Shown piece by piece: positions 23,078 through 34,790 of a stretch of 60,000 nucleotides of DNA (its first letter is position 1; every line of letters begins with the position of its first letter). The stretch lies in NCBI RefSeq assembly GCF_018350175.1, contig NC_058383.1, positions 8,000,001 to 8,060,000 of the forward strand, written 5' to 3'. The position numbers and the translations under genes were made by a program. Source of the DNA: Felis catus. Its lineage: Eukaryota. The notes under the pieces were generated by a model. It was not told the DNA's origin. It made no database searches and saw only the letters and a program-made list of their open reading frames with translations.

Positions 23078-25390
23078 ATGGTTTCCCAGGGATCCTCACC
23101 CTCCCTACTGGAAGCCCTGAGCAGCGACTTCCTGGCCTGTAAAATATGCCTGGAGCAGCTTCGGGCACCCAAAACGTTGCCCTGCCTGCACACCTACTGC
23201 CAGGACTGCCTGGCCCAGCTGGCCGAGGGAGGCCACCTCCGATGCCCTGAGTGCCGAGAGACCGTGCCCGTGCCACCGGCGGGCGTGGCCGCCTTCAAGA
23301 CCAACTTCTTTGTCAACGGGCTCCTGGATTTGGTGAGGGCCCGGGCTGGCGGAGACCTGCGCGCGGGGAAGCCAGCCTGCGCGCTGTGTCCCCTGATGGG
23401 GGGGGCCGGCACGGGGGGGCCGGCCACTGCCCGGTGCCTGGACTGCGCGGACGACCTGTGCCAGGCCTGCGCTGACGGGCACCGCTGCACTCGGCAGACC
23501 CACACCCACCGGGTGGTGGACCTGGTGGGCTACCGGGCAGGCTGGTACGACGAGGAGGCCCGGGAGCGCCAGGCGGCCCAGTGCCCTCAGCACCCGGGAG
23601 AGGCCCTGCGCTTCCTGTGCCAGCCCTGCTCCCAGCTGCTGTGCCGCGAGTGCCGCCTGGACCCCCACCTGGACCATCCCTGCCTGCCACTGGCCGAGGC
23701 TGTGCGCGCCCGCAGGCCAGGCCTGGAGGAGCTGTTGGCAGGCGTGGACAGCAACCTGGCGGAGCTTGAGGCCGCCCGGATGACGGAAAAGGAAGCTTTG
23801 GCCCGGCTGCGGGAACAGGCAGCTAGGGTGGGAATGCAGGTGGAGGAAGTGGCCGAGGGGGTCCTCCGGGCCCTACTAGCCCAGAAGCAGGAGGTGCTGG
23901 GGCAGCTACGGGCCCACGTAGAGGCTGCTGAGGAGGCTGCTCGGGAGAGACTGGAGGAGCTGGAGGGCCGGGAGCAGGTGGCCAGGGCAGCGGCCGCCTT
24001 TGCCCGTCGGGTGCTCAGCTTGGGTCGCGAGGCCGAGATACTTTCTCTGGAAGGGGCGATTGCCCAGAGGCTCCGGCAGCTGCAGGGCTGTCCCTGGATG
24101 CCAGGGCCATCCCCCCGCCTGCTGCCCCAGCTGGAGTTCCATCCTGGGCTCCTGGACAAGAACTGCCGCCTGCTAGGGCTCTCCTTTGAGGAACAGCCCC
24201 AGAAGGACGGTGGGCAAGAAGGAGCTGGAAGCCAGGGAGGTGATGAAACTTCGAGCCAGAGAGAGGATGGAGCCAAGTCAGAGAGACACGGTGGAATCCA
24301 GCCCCAGAGTAGGGCTGGAGCTTGCACCCCAAAGGAGAACAGAGCCCAGACACCCCAGGAGGATGGAGCCCAGACCCCAAAGGAGGACAGAGCCAAGACA
24401 CCCCAGGAAGACGGAGCCCAGACTCCAAAAGAGGGCAGAGCCCAGACACCCCTAGAAGATGAAGGAGCCCAGACCCCGAGGGGTGGCAGATCCAACAAGA
24501 AGAGGAAGTTCAAAGGCAGGCTCAAGTCAGTTTCCCGGGAGCCCAGCCCAGTGCCTGGGCTGAACCTGGAGGGCTCTGGCCTCCTCCCCAGGCCCATTTT
24601 CTCCTGCAGCTTCCCCACGCGGATGCCAGGAGACAAGCGGTCTCCCCGCATCACCGGGCTCTGTCCCTTTGGCCCCCGGGAGATCCTGGTGGCGGATGAG
24701 CAGAATAGGGCGCTGAAGCGCTTCTCCCTCAATGGCGACTACAAGGGCGCGGTGCCCGTCCCCGAGGGCTGCTCCCCATGTAGCGTGGCTGCCCTGCAGG
24801 GAGCAGTGGCCTTCTCGGCCGGCGCGAGGCTCTACCTCATCAGCCCTGATGGTGAGGTGCAGTGGCGCCGGGCCCTGAGCCTCTCCCAGGCCAGCCACGC
24901 TGTGGCTGCCATGCCGAGTGGGGACCGCGTGGCCGTCAGTGTGTCAGGCCACGTGGAAGTGTACAACATGGAAGGCAGCCTGGCCACCCGGTTCATCCCT
25001 GGGGGCAAGGCCAACAGGGGCCTGCGGGCGCTGGTGTTCCTGACCACCAGCCCCCAGGGCAATTTTGTGGGGTCCGACTGGCAGCAGAACAGCGTGGTGG
25101 TCTGTGATGGTCTGGGTCAGGTGATTGGTGAGTACCGGGGGCCAGGCCTGCATGGCTGCCAGCCAGGCTCTGTGTCCGTGGATAAGAAAGGCTACATCTT
25201 CCTGACCCTTCGCGAGGTCAACAAGGTGGTGATCCTGGATCCAAAGGGGTCACTGCTCGGCGACTTCCTGACGGCCTATCATGGCCTGGAAAAGCCTAGG
25301 GTGACCACCATGGTGGACGGCAGGCACCTGGTCGTGTCTCTCAGTAACGGGACCATTCATGTCTTTCGGGTCCGCTCTCCTGATAGTTAA
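23078..25390 (+). CDS. TRIM56: E3 ubiquitin ligase TRIM56, 770 aa (RING, two B-box-type zinc fingers, coiled coil, disordered linker, NHL-like C-terminus), single coding exon
   Basis: MVSQGSSPSLLEALSSDFLACKICLEQL start, C3HC4 RING, B-box CPQHPGEALRFLCQPC, KKRKFKGRLK, C-terminal ...GTIHVFRVRSPDS; synteny with SERPINE1. Confidence 0.98.
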   Translation: MVSQGSSPSLLEALSSDFLACKICLEQLRAPKTLPCLHTYCQDCLAQLAEGGHLRCPECRETVPVPPAGVAAFKTNFFVNGLLDLVRARAGGDLRAGKPACALCPLMGGAGTGGPATARCLDCADDLCQACADGHRCTRQTHTHRVVDLVGYRAGWYDEEARERQAAQCPQHPGEALRFLCQPCSQLLCRECRLDPHLDHPCLPLAEAVRARRPGLEELLAGVDSNLAELEAARMTEKEALARLREQAARVGMQVEEVAEGVLRALLAQKQEVLGQLRAHVEAAEEAARERLEELEGREQVARAAAAFARRVLSLGREAEILSLEGAIAQRLRQLQGCPWMPGPSPRLLPQLEFHPGLLDKNCRLLGLSFEEQPQKDGGQEGAGSQGGDETSSQREDGAKSERHGGIQPQSRAGACTPKENRAQTPQEDGAQTPKEDRAKTPQEDGAQTPKEGRAQTPLEDEGAQTPRGGRSNKKRKFKGRLKSVSREPSPVPGLNLEGSGLLPRPIFSCSFPTRMPGDKRSPRITGLCPFGPREILVADEQNRALKRFSLNGDYKGAVPVPEGCSPCSVAALQGAVAFSAGARLYLISPDGEVQWRRALSLSQASHAVAAMPSGDRVAVSVSGHVEVYNMEGSLATRFIPGGKANRGLRALVFLTTSPQGNFVGSDWQQNSVVVCDGLGQVIGEYRGPGLHGCQPGSVSVDKKGYIFLTLREVNKVVILDPKGSLLGDFLTAYHGLEKPRVTTMVDGRHLVVSLSNGTIHVFRVRSPDS
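24320..24481 (+). repeat. TRIM56: Coding ~24-bp tandem repeat, 7 units of about (G/R)AQTP(K/Q)ED
   Basis: GAGCCCAGAC(A/C)CC recurs about every 24 nt. Confidence 0.9.
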
Positions 25391-26909
25391 AGGGCTAGGA
25401 CAGGAGAGGGACTGGGGAGGGATGGGGGGGGGGTGCTGGGGCTATAGGGGGGACGAGGGAGGCAAGGCCGCCATGGGATGTGGTGGCTGAGGGTGTTTTC
25501 TGGAAGGCAGGGGCTGGCAACCTTTCAATGTGAAGTGCCAAACTGCTAACCCCTCTTCAGGGTGTTGTGGGGATGGGACCAAGGGCAGCGGTGTGACCAC
25601 AGCTCTCAGAAGCAGGGGAGGAAGGGAGGAGTGCGCCGAGAGCTAACTGTGTCTCCTGCTTTTGGGGGGTGACTGCTGCTTCCGTCGCCACCCTTGTAGG
25701 TCAAGTTTCTGAAATTCGTAAGCTTGTGCTGATTGGCGTTCTTCAAAACTACTCCCGATGGGATGGCCCAGGGAGAGTCTTGGCGAGGCTGGCAGAAGGA
25801 ATCCTCCGAGTCGAGAAGGGCTTGGGGTATGTCAGGCATGTGCCTTCTAGAAGAGAGCTGAGAACCCAGCTCCCCTCAGACTGGAAGCAGGGACACACCA
25901 GGTCAGAAGAGGTCTGGGATTTTGAACCAGCCACAGTCCTGACGTAGAGATCTCTCTGAGGGTGGGCTTTATGGGGGACCAAGTACAGACACCAGCTGAG
26001 GCCAAGAGGTGTGTACCTCAAAGTCCGTGAGGTGAATGTGCCAACAGAAGGGTTGGAGTCTAAAACACAGGGTTCTGAGTATGAGAGGGGAGACCCCAGG
26101 GTCTCCCCTCCCACCACCAGGCTAATCCAAGGCAAGACCTACATAGGATGTATAATCTCTGCTTTGATGTCTTTATACTTCCTAGAGTCTTATTTTTAGT
26201 TCCCCTTAGTTTCCCGGTGTGATTCCTTTCGAGAAAATTTGGGTTTGGCAGAACTAAAGGGTGAAGGAGTTTGCCTTCAGGTGGGCCATTACTGTGGGAA
26301 AAACAGCCTACCCTAACCCTGGAGGCCAGGTGCTGGACTGTGGGGCCAAACCAGCTGGAAAACTTGAGAAGTCAGTTGTGGGGCTGGGCTGGGTGGAGGG
26401 ATGAAACCCACAGGGAATTCTGCCAGAGGTGAGCCGCGACCACTGCACTCTTGCACGGGCCATGGCAGCACCAGAACCGAGGTGGACGTGTTGAGCCTGG
26501 GGCTGTCGTGAGATGACCAAAGGGAATCTTAATCTAGGGATCATGGACAATGGAATGTTCATGGGGGACCAGAGGGATTTTGGACAAGTCCAGAGGGAAA
26601 GTGCAAGGGAAAAGAAAACCCTTTTCTGGAGAGGTCGTTGCTTATTCCGTTGAAGTAATGGGGGAAATCATCAAGGTCAAGTGTACAAATTCAATTATAT
26701 AAAACCTGGAAATGTATACACAGCAAAAAAATAATGAAAAGGAAAGGAAAGCCAGTAAGATGAGGAAATTATGTAGAATTGGTCCAAGTAAGGGCTGAGC
26801 CTCCAGTACAAGCAGTGACCAAGAGACCTACTTGGTTCAAAGACCAATCAGGCGATGTACGCAGGAGGAAATGCACACAGGCCAGGACTAGGAAACTATA
26901 AAATAAAGT

Positions 26910-27390
26910 CAACCGCTTGGCATTCACCAAAAATATATTAAAAATACGTCATAGGGAGGTAGACTGCTGGCATTATAAAGTGTGATGCTTTCTGGAGAAC
27001 AATTTGGCAATAGTTGACAAAGGTAAAAAGAAATGACCATAGGACTAAGTTATCTCACTTTGGGGAATACGTTCTGGGAAAATAATTCAAGAGGAAGAAA
27101 GGAGTTGCACAGAGATATTTGTGGCCGTCTTGTATGTCACAGTCATCGACTGGAAACTGCTTGGCTGTGAGGGACAGCCAAGCAGCTTGTGGTCTGTTCG
27201 GACCATGAGCTATTGCCTTCACGTATGACAACTATGAAAACTATTTAGAAGAATATGTTATGTGATGCAATCATAGCAAAAAGAGAGAGAGAGAAAGAAT
27301 TTGGGATTATGACCACTTAATGATAGCAACAAGGTATGTCTGAATAGTTACCGAGTGGAAATATGTTCAACATTTGTAAATAGTGATTTG
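26910..27390 (+). mobile_element. Old L1ME-like 3' fragment
   Basis: TTTCTGGAGAACAATTTGGCAATAG...CTCACTTTGGGGAATA. Confidence 0.5.
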
Positions 27391-28557
27391 GGAGACTGAG
27401 TTCTGAGTTCTTTCGTGTACATATATATGCACATTCATATATGCACATTCCTACTTCAGTTCTTATTGACCATTAGGTAACATATATGCTTAATATTTAC
27501 TTCAAAAACATACACCTCTAGAAATGATGTGTGAGCATAGCTATTGGATTTGCAAATGAATGTGTCAGTTGGTATAAACGAGACTGTCCAGTTGAAGGAG
27601 AGGCAGGAGTCTGGAGGAGAATCCCAGCTGGCCAGGGCCTGGCAGGGAGGAAGGGCAGAGCAGAGGAGCAGAGGCTTGTCTGCAGAGGTTGGAGAGTCCT
27701 CTCGGGTGATCAGATCATTGTGGAGTGTCCACAAAGCAGGGGAAGGTCATATTGAGTTTACCAACTAATTCAGAACAACTGGAAACCAAGTGGTATTTCT
27801 ACAGAACCAACTAGTATAGAGTAAGTTGTACGGGGGTGGGGGTGAGGCAGGCAGTGTCTCATCTGCTTTGCAAGCTCTATTTCCAGAGTGAGCACAGGGA
27901 TGGCTCATGGTAGGTGCTCAATAAATGTCTGTGAAATGAACAGACAGTGGTAAGACTCTTGTAGAGGTTTCCCACCTCAGATGTCTAAGCCCCAGCCAAC
28001 CAAGCTGTCCAAAAGCTTGTGAGAAATTTCTGGTAGGGGGCACTAGGGACACAGTCCACCATATGCCTCCTGGGGGGTGGCCCTCCTCTGAGTCACAAAA
28101 GAGGTGAGATTGGGGTGACTTGATTGTGTGTGAAGGGGGACCTGGGAGGTCATAGGCTCTAGGGGCTCATACACCTTCAGGTTAGCAGAGCCGTTCTGAG
28201 GGTTGCATTGGAACCACAGGAACGCCATCTGGCCGCAAGAAGAGAATCCCACAGATGCTTCAGAGCTGCGGGAACCACTTGGCTTTCCAGAAAGCTGTAG
28301 GAATCCTGGGAAGCCAGGCATTGGAAGACTGACGGAAGTACTAACTTTTCCTCGTTGAGGGGTAGGGGTGGGAAGGCACAGAACACTGGCAAAACGTGAA
28401 ATGCAAGAGAAGTACAGTATTGAGCGTGCTATGGAGGTAAAATCTCCATCACCTTACCCGTGACCTAGGAATCCCACTCAGCACCAAAAGAAAATTCTTG
28501 GTTAAACTAAAGATGTGAAGAAATCAGGAACATCATGAAAGATGCAACACCCCTCCC

Positions 28558-28560
<3 letters not shown>

Positions 28561-28599
<39 letters not shown>
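28561..28599. repeat. (CA)n microsatellite
   Basis: Direct reading. Confidence 0.95.
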
Positions 28600-28600
<1 letters not shown>

Positions 28601-28759
28601 ACATTGGGCTTGTAACAATTTTCATTCCATTTCGTGTTTGGAACTTTCCAGGTTGTGCATATACTGGTGAAAGGAGCATGCCGTCCCGGTAGGGAGAGGG
28701 TGGGTAGAAAACCTCTTTCGTAGTCTTTGTGTCTAAAGGGAAGTGAATGAGGTAGCAGA

Positions 28760-28905
28760 GACCTAGGTTGAGTGCTGGCTCCTCCACAAGACAGCTGTGT
28801 GATCTTGGCTAGCTTCCTAACCTCTCTGAACCTCCATTTCTCTGTCAGTAAAATACACAACATACCCACTTCACAGGGTTGTCATGAGTGCTGGGTGAGA
28901 AGCAC
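28760..28905 (+). mobile_element. MIR fragment
   Basis: AGCTGTGTGATCTTGG...AACCTCTCTGAACCTCCATTTC...CTTCACAGGGTTGTCATGAG. Confidence 0.75.
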
Positions 28906-30151
28906 AGAGAAGTGTTTTGCATACCATGAAGTTCAGATCCGAAGTGTGGGTTAGGAAAAAGCTTAGCCAACTTGTACTGACTTCATATGGACTGTTCTGC
29001 CAGTGCAAGCCTGAATGGGGATGTTATAGGAACATGTTGACGAGGTCAAAGCTCAAGAAGGTCTGGGTAGAGTTGTTACCTGTTTCTCTTTTGGAGGAGA
29101 TATTTTGCCTTGCCGCATTTATTTGAAGAAGCCATATGTAAGACACAACAGTAATTGTAGGAGCAGAAGGGACCAATGGCCAGCTTGCTAAGACTCAGTG
29201 CTGTTCCTAAAAGCCAGCTGAGAACCAGGCTGTGCCAAATTAAGGACCGATAACCATAGACATTTAGGAAAAATTCAAAATGGCAAGCGTGGCCTGATCT
29301 TTTGATAATTTAGAGAAAATGTAACTCGGAAGGGACTAACTTCCCCTTCCATTGTAATCTTATAATTACTATATCTATAAAGCCATGTTACCTAATACAT
29401 GCTTAAGAGGGAGAATTCCAAAGGGGCAGAGGTCTGAGAGAGAAGTCAGAAATCTTCCAAGGAAATCGGTAAAGTCAGTGATCTGAGCTGGGCAGGATTC
29501 AATAGGTGGTTGCCGAGGCCAAGGTGTTTGACCATCTCTCCGTGGCAGGTCAGCTGACACTATAGCTATCCTGTAAATTGAGTGGGAGATTGGACACAGG
29601 GCATAGAGGTCCGTTTCAGCAGAGGGGAAGGCGATTTTGGACTAGCTGGGGCAGAGAACTGCCAGAGCGGGCACTCAGGAAGATGTTCCTGGCAGGAGAA
29701 AGATCAAGTGCAGATGCAAGCTTAGGAAAATAGGTAGTTTGACTGAAGACCACAGAACCAGCCTACCCAACTGGTTCATGAATATAGCTTAATTAAACGG
29801 ATCAGGACAGAAGCAAAAACAGGTTTTCTGGGGACCATAGACGCCTTTGACAGGAGAGTGGAGTAGTACAGTGGGATCAGGCAAGACCTCACCTGAAGCC
29901 CCAGGTGAGGAATCTTTGGGACCATATAAAGAGGCGATTAGGAAGGAGGTTTGGAAGGACAACTTGACTTGTCTCTGGAGAAACTTTGAACCGGTTAGCT
30001 CGGCAGCCAAAAGAGACAGGGTTGGAGACGGAACCGAGACCTCAGTACCCATGGGGTCAGCCCAGCAAAGTTTTAGTTGCCATGGGCTGAAGAATCTGTG
30101 TTGTAAACTCTTTCATTCCTTCGTGTACTTTGTATTTTTCTTCCGTTTCGT

Positions 30152-30157
30152 AATAAA
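30152..30157 (+). terminator. TRIM56: Candidate distal TRIM56 poly(A) signal
   Basis: AATAAA preceded by three TGTA (30102, 30124, 30131) in a U-rich context, not inside a recognisable repeat. Confidence 0.45.
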
Positions 30158-30721
30158 TTCTTCTGAAAAAATGTGAACCTTTTCTTACATGGATTCATGG
30201 CTGTGGGGAACTGTCAACACCAAAGCCCAGAGAGCAAAGGTATCATGGCCACCCCTGCTGTAGCTCCAAAGATGCCAACATCTCGCCCTTGGGGACACTG
30301 CAGGAGGTCCCACCTAGTCCCGGCCACTGCCACCTATAGACAGAGGGCCCTCTGGGCAGAGGTGTCTTACAGGCTAGGCCTCGGTGGGAGCCAGCCGGTG
30401 ACCTGGCTCAGCAGGACTGAATGTGGGCACACTCAGGTGGGGAATGACTGCGTGGAAGTGGGGTGGGGGGCAGGCAAGGGGCCCAGGTCAGGGTGGCTGT
30501 GCCCCCCACTGGTCTCTGCTTGTTTTCTGGTTTGGAGGAACCAAACAAGCAGCTGTGGGCACCGTCCAGCATGCATGGTGGGCCCTGCAGGGCTGGGCGG
30601 AACATGTGCCTGCTCGCCAAACCTACCCGCTCTGACCTAGTCTCCAAAGCCCCTGAGGGAGCTCCTGCCCCCAGCTGTGCTGAACCAGAAGGGGAAAGAC
30701 CTCAGATGTTCTCTCTCTCTC

Positions 30722-30908
30722 TTTTTTTAATGTTTGCTTATTTTTGAGAGAGGGAGAGAGAGACAGCGGGCGCAGGGCAGAGGGAGAGGGAGCCAGAGGA
30801 TCTGTGCTGACAGCAGCAAGCCCGACGCCGGGCTCAAACTCACCAACCGTGAGATCACGACCAGAGCCAAAGTCAGACGCTTAACAGGCTAAGCCACCCG
30901 GGCACCCC
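30722..30908 (-). mobile_element. Can-SINE
   Basis: Antisense T tail to GCCACCCGGGCACCCC. Confidence 0.9.
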
Positions 30909-31442
30909 AGTTGTTATTTCTAACTCACACAACCTCTGACTTCCCCATCAAATACAGTAGATGGAATAGCAGTTACTGAGTGCCCGCCCACCTGTGCTTC
31001 ATACCCATCGGCTTCCAGAAGCTTCAACTCCTACAGAGTAGGAATCGTTAGCATTATTTGACAGACAAGGAAACCAAAGGTGGCGAGGCTTGCTCTTGGA
31101 TCCTGACTCCGAAGCTGCCCTTCCAACCAGCTCTGAATCCTAAGCCTATGTTCCTCTTCTCTCCTTCGTCAATGACGGCCGAATGAAATGAGATCTGAGG
31201 TTCCTTCCTGAGCTAACAGACCAGGCCCTTGTCCCTATAATAGGACTGGAATCTAACACAGGAAGGGAAACTCAGAGATACTTCTGAGCATCCCAGCGGC
31301 TAGTGCTCACTGCAGGGGGGTGGGGCGGGGGGAGCAAGACGGAGAAGAGAAGACAGCGGAGGAGACAATGTTTTGAGTGGCCTGGTGGGGAAGCAGGGGG
31401 TGGGAGTCAGGGCCCACCACTGCTGCGGTGACAGCCTGAAAA

Positions 31443-31524
31443 AGAATTCCGCAATTCATCATCGAATGACTCAGCCTGGCTTTGGACCGGAGCCTCTGTG
31501 AACCCCGGGGAGCATGACTCAGCA
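31443..31524. promoter_or_regulatory. Candidate distal enhancer: two ATGACTCAGC (AP-1/ARE) sites plus a kB-like GGAATTCT
   Basis: Motifs at 31467-31475 and 31515-31524 in a locally CpG-rich patch. Confidence 0.55.
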
Positions 31525-32833
31525 GCTGAGGGGGCCGGGCGCAGGAGAGGCTGCCGCGGTCCATGTGAGCGGTAACTGTGGGGAGAACGGCCTGTTCCAG
31601 GCCCCAAACCCCAAGGCGGAGCGTCTGCCTCTGTGGTCAGACACACACGGTCTGGGGTTCCTAGCCATGTGGCCAAGCCTCCTCCCTCAGACCTGGGTCT
31701 CCTCTTCTGCAGGCCTGGCTGCCTCCTTTCCCCATGGCCTTGGGGTCTGCTGCAGGATACTGTGGCCACAGACTCTGGGGGCCTCTTTCCCCTTCACTGC
31801 TCTGCCAGGTCAGGCAGCAGGGGCCCCGCTGTAGGGGCGGGGGAAGGCGGGCACATGTCACAGGCGGGGCACGCGACTAGGCAGATGGTCACAGCATCCC
31901 TCCTCCTGCTGAGGGGCCAGGGAATGGGGCGCTCTGCTCTTGATTTTGCTCAAGGGTTAACTCAGAAAACGTCTCTTCCCCCTCAGAAATTTTCTCTCCC
32001 CTTAACACTCAGGTCAGGACAGTCCATCAACTTACCAGCTGAAAACAGCCAAAGCAACAGGGAGACAGAATGGCCCCCGAGTTCTATGGGGGAGGCCGGG
32101 ACACAGAGGTTGTAGGTCAGCAGGAGGGCACACAGACCTGCTCCTCCCTGCCAGTGCCTGGGCACTCTTGTCTGGTGACCCCAGTTACTTTCTCACCTCG
32201 ATTATTCATACAGTCCTTTCCTCCCCTGCCAAACCCTCAGGACAAGAACTTCTGATTCACATGGAGCATTCCATGATCAGGTGTTCTGTAAATATTTGTT
32301 GGTTGAAAGAACAAATGAGTGAATCTGTGCTAAAACCCTAGTCACCGTCCCTAAGGTCGGAGGAAGCCCTGGGAGGAGAGGACAGGCCCTGGGGCAAGAG
32401 ACGACTATCCCTCCTCCTTAGAAGAGAGGCATGAACAGAAGTTATCCAAATTCTGGGGGGAAAAGATAGTAATCCCGCTGTGCTGTCCTTTTTCTTTTTC
32501 CCACCACTCCTTTAACCTTCTAAGGTGCTATTTCACTTAATTGTTTATCCTGTTTATTGATTATTGTTTGTGTTTCCCCCCCAGTTGCTACCCTGGAAGG
32601 ATGCAAGCCCCAGAAGGCATTTTGTCTATTTCATGCACTGATCTAACCTACATGCCTGGGGTATAGTAGATACTGAATGAATGAATGAATCAATCAATCA
32701 ATCAATCAATGGTATCTATTGAGCATTTACTCTGAACCAGGCCCCATTTTACATGTATTATCTCATTTTGTGCCCTTAACAGTTCTAGGAAGTAGTATTA
32801 CTGTCTTCCCTGGTTTAAAGATGAGGAAGGTGA

Positions 32834-33045
32834 GGGGCGCCTGGGTGGCTCAGTCAGCTAAGTTCCCGACTTCAGCTCTGATCATGATCTCATGGCTCAT
32901 GGGTTTGGGCCCCACGTCGGGCTCTGTGCTGACAGCACAGAGCCTGGAGCCTGCTTCGGATTCTGTGTCTCCCTCTCTCTCTGCCCCTCCCCTGTTCACA
33001 CTTAGGCACTCTCAAAAATAAATAAACGTTAAAAAAAAAAAAAGA
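32834..33045 (+). mobile_element. Can-SINE inserted in an antisense MIR
   Basis: TSD AAA(G/A)ATGAGGAAGGTGA; MIR sequence on both flanks. Confidence 0.92.
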
Positions 33046-34599
33046 GAGAGAGAGAGATTAAAAATGAGGAAGGTGAGGTTAGAGATTATGTAACACGAAC
33101 AAGATCACCAGGAGCTGGGCAAGGGGCTGGGCAGAGGCCAACGCGAGCTGTGGTCTGCCTAGGGACAGCTTTCTATCACTCCCCGGGGAAGCACTGCACA
33201 CACCAGGCCTTCCAGGAAAGCCACACCCGCTTCATCCCTTCTGGTTGATGTTTTTCTTTATCCTTCTTCCTACCGACTTCCCACATGATCCCGTCTCACC
33301 CCCAGAAAATATCTCTGCCCTGAAACACAGCACCCCAGCTTCCAGACTTTTCCTGGCAGAACCGCAGAGGCCTGAGAGCAGAGAAGGGGACTGGGGAACC
33401 TAGGCCTGGCTCTCCCCACCCAGGCCCTGCAGAGTTGAGGCAGGAATGTTCCTGTAGCCCACTCCCTAACACCTCCCTTCCTGCTGTCCCTCAGACTGTG
33501 TGGGAGGCTCCCCAGCCCCAAGTTCAAGGAAGGCAGAAACCCCCAGATCACTTTTCTGTGGGCTTCCTACCGCTGGGAAGTAGGCTAGAACACAAGAAGG
33601 CTTCTGCCTATGCCAGGGGGGCCAGTGCTCCCAGACACGTCTCCTGGCAAGGACAGCTTTGCAGGCCCCTCACCTCCTACCTCACTCTCCTGGCCCCTTC
33701 CCTGCATCCCCTTAAGCTTCTGTGGTTCTCCTGCCAGGAAGAGTCTGGAAGTTGAAGAGATGCTGTGCTTCAGGGCAGAGGTATCTTTTGGGGGTGGGAT
33801 GGGGTCATGTGGGAAATCAGTAGGAAGAGTGATAAAGAAAAATATCACCAGAAGGCATGAAGCGGGTGTGGCTTCCCCAGAAGGCCTCCTGCAGGGCACC
33901 TCCCCAGGGAGTGATGGATGGAGAGCTGGCCTCAGGCAGCCCAGCCCCTTGCTCCTAGTGATCTCTGGGGAAAAGAACGAAGACCCAGGAACAGCAGGAG
34001 CAGCGAGAAGCCTACAGACACCTGAGGGCACCCATGTCCATGCTCAGGGAGACACAGCACCTCCACCTCCCTCCAAGGGCTCAGGAGGGCAGTGAGAGAG
34101 CGAGGGTAAGGAGGCTGGGATGTCTAAGCAACATCTGGAAACGGGCGGTCGGGGGAGTCAGAAGCTAGACTGGGGGTTGTCAGGGAGAAACTGAGTCCAG
34201 ATGTTGGGGAAGCAGTACCACACCTCACACCTGGGATCCTGCCTGTGGCTGGAGCCAAGCATCCTCGCTGGTGATGATATGAGAGAGGGGGTGTATCTCT
34301 GTGGTCTTATAAACACATGGCGGTACGCATGCCATTAGGATGTTCCCAGGCAGGCAAAGAAGCAAGACTGGAATTTCCCTAAGGCTATCATTTCCTACCA
34401 TTTAATCCTCAGTCGAGGACCACAGGGCCTCCCAAGGGCAGGTGCTGGGGGAGTGGGCAAGGTGCAGAGTTCTCCAGGAATGCCCCCATACCCGGTCCAC
34501 CTCTCCACCCACAAGCCCCTCTCCTAACACAGAAGGTGATATGCTCTCCCTCTGGGGTCTTTCCCTCCAAGAAAGGGATTCAGGGTGAGAACAGCCTCA

Positions 34600-34790
34600 T
34601 TTTATCCCAGCTCTGTCACTCACTAACAGGGGACACCCACATGGGTTTCTTAACCTCTCTGGACCTCGGTTCCTTGCCTGTGTAATGGAGGCAGTGAGAT
34701 ATCCCATGGGGCTCCCAAATGAATAAATGAGATAAAGAATATGAACACACTCAGCCAGCGTCTGGCACATAGGGGATGTCTAGTCAGAGT
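34600..34790 (+). mobile_element. MIR fragment
   Basis: TCCCAGCTCTGTCACT...TTAACCTCTCTGGACCTCGGTTCC...TCTGGCACATAG. Confidence 0.7.

Noticed and set aside
23587..24732. 381-aa minus-strand ORF (and 23105..23677) antisense to TRIM56
   Set aside because: Shadow of a GC-rich coding exon; no recognisable domain
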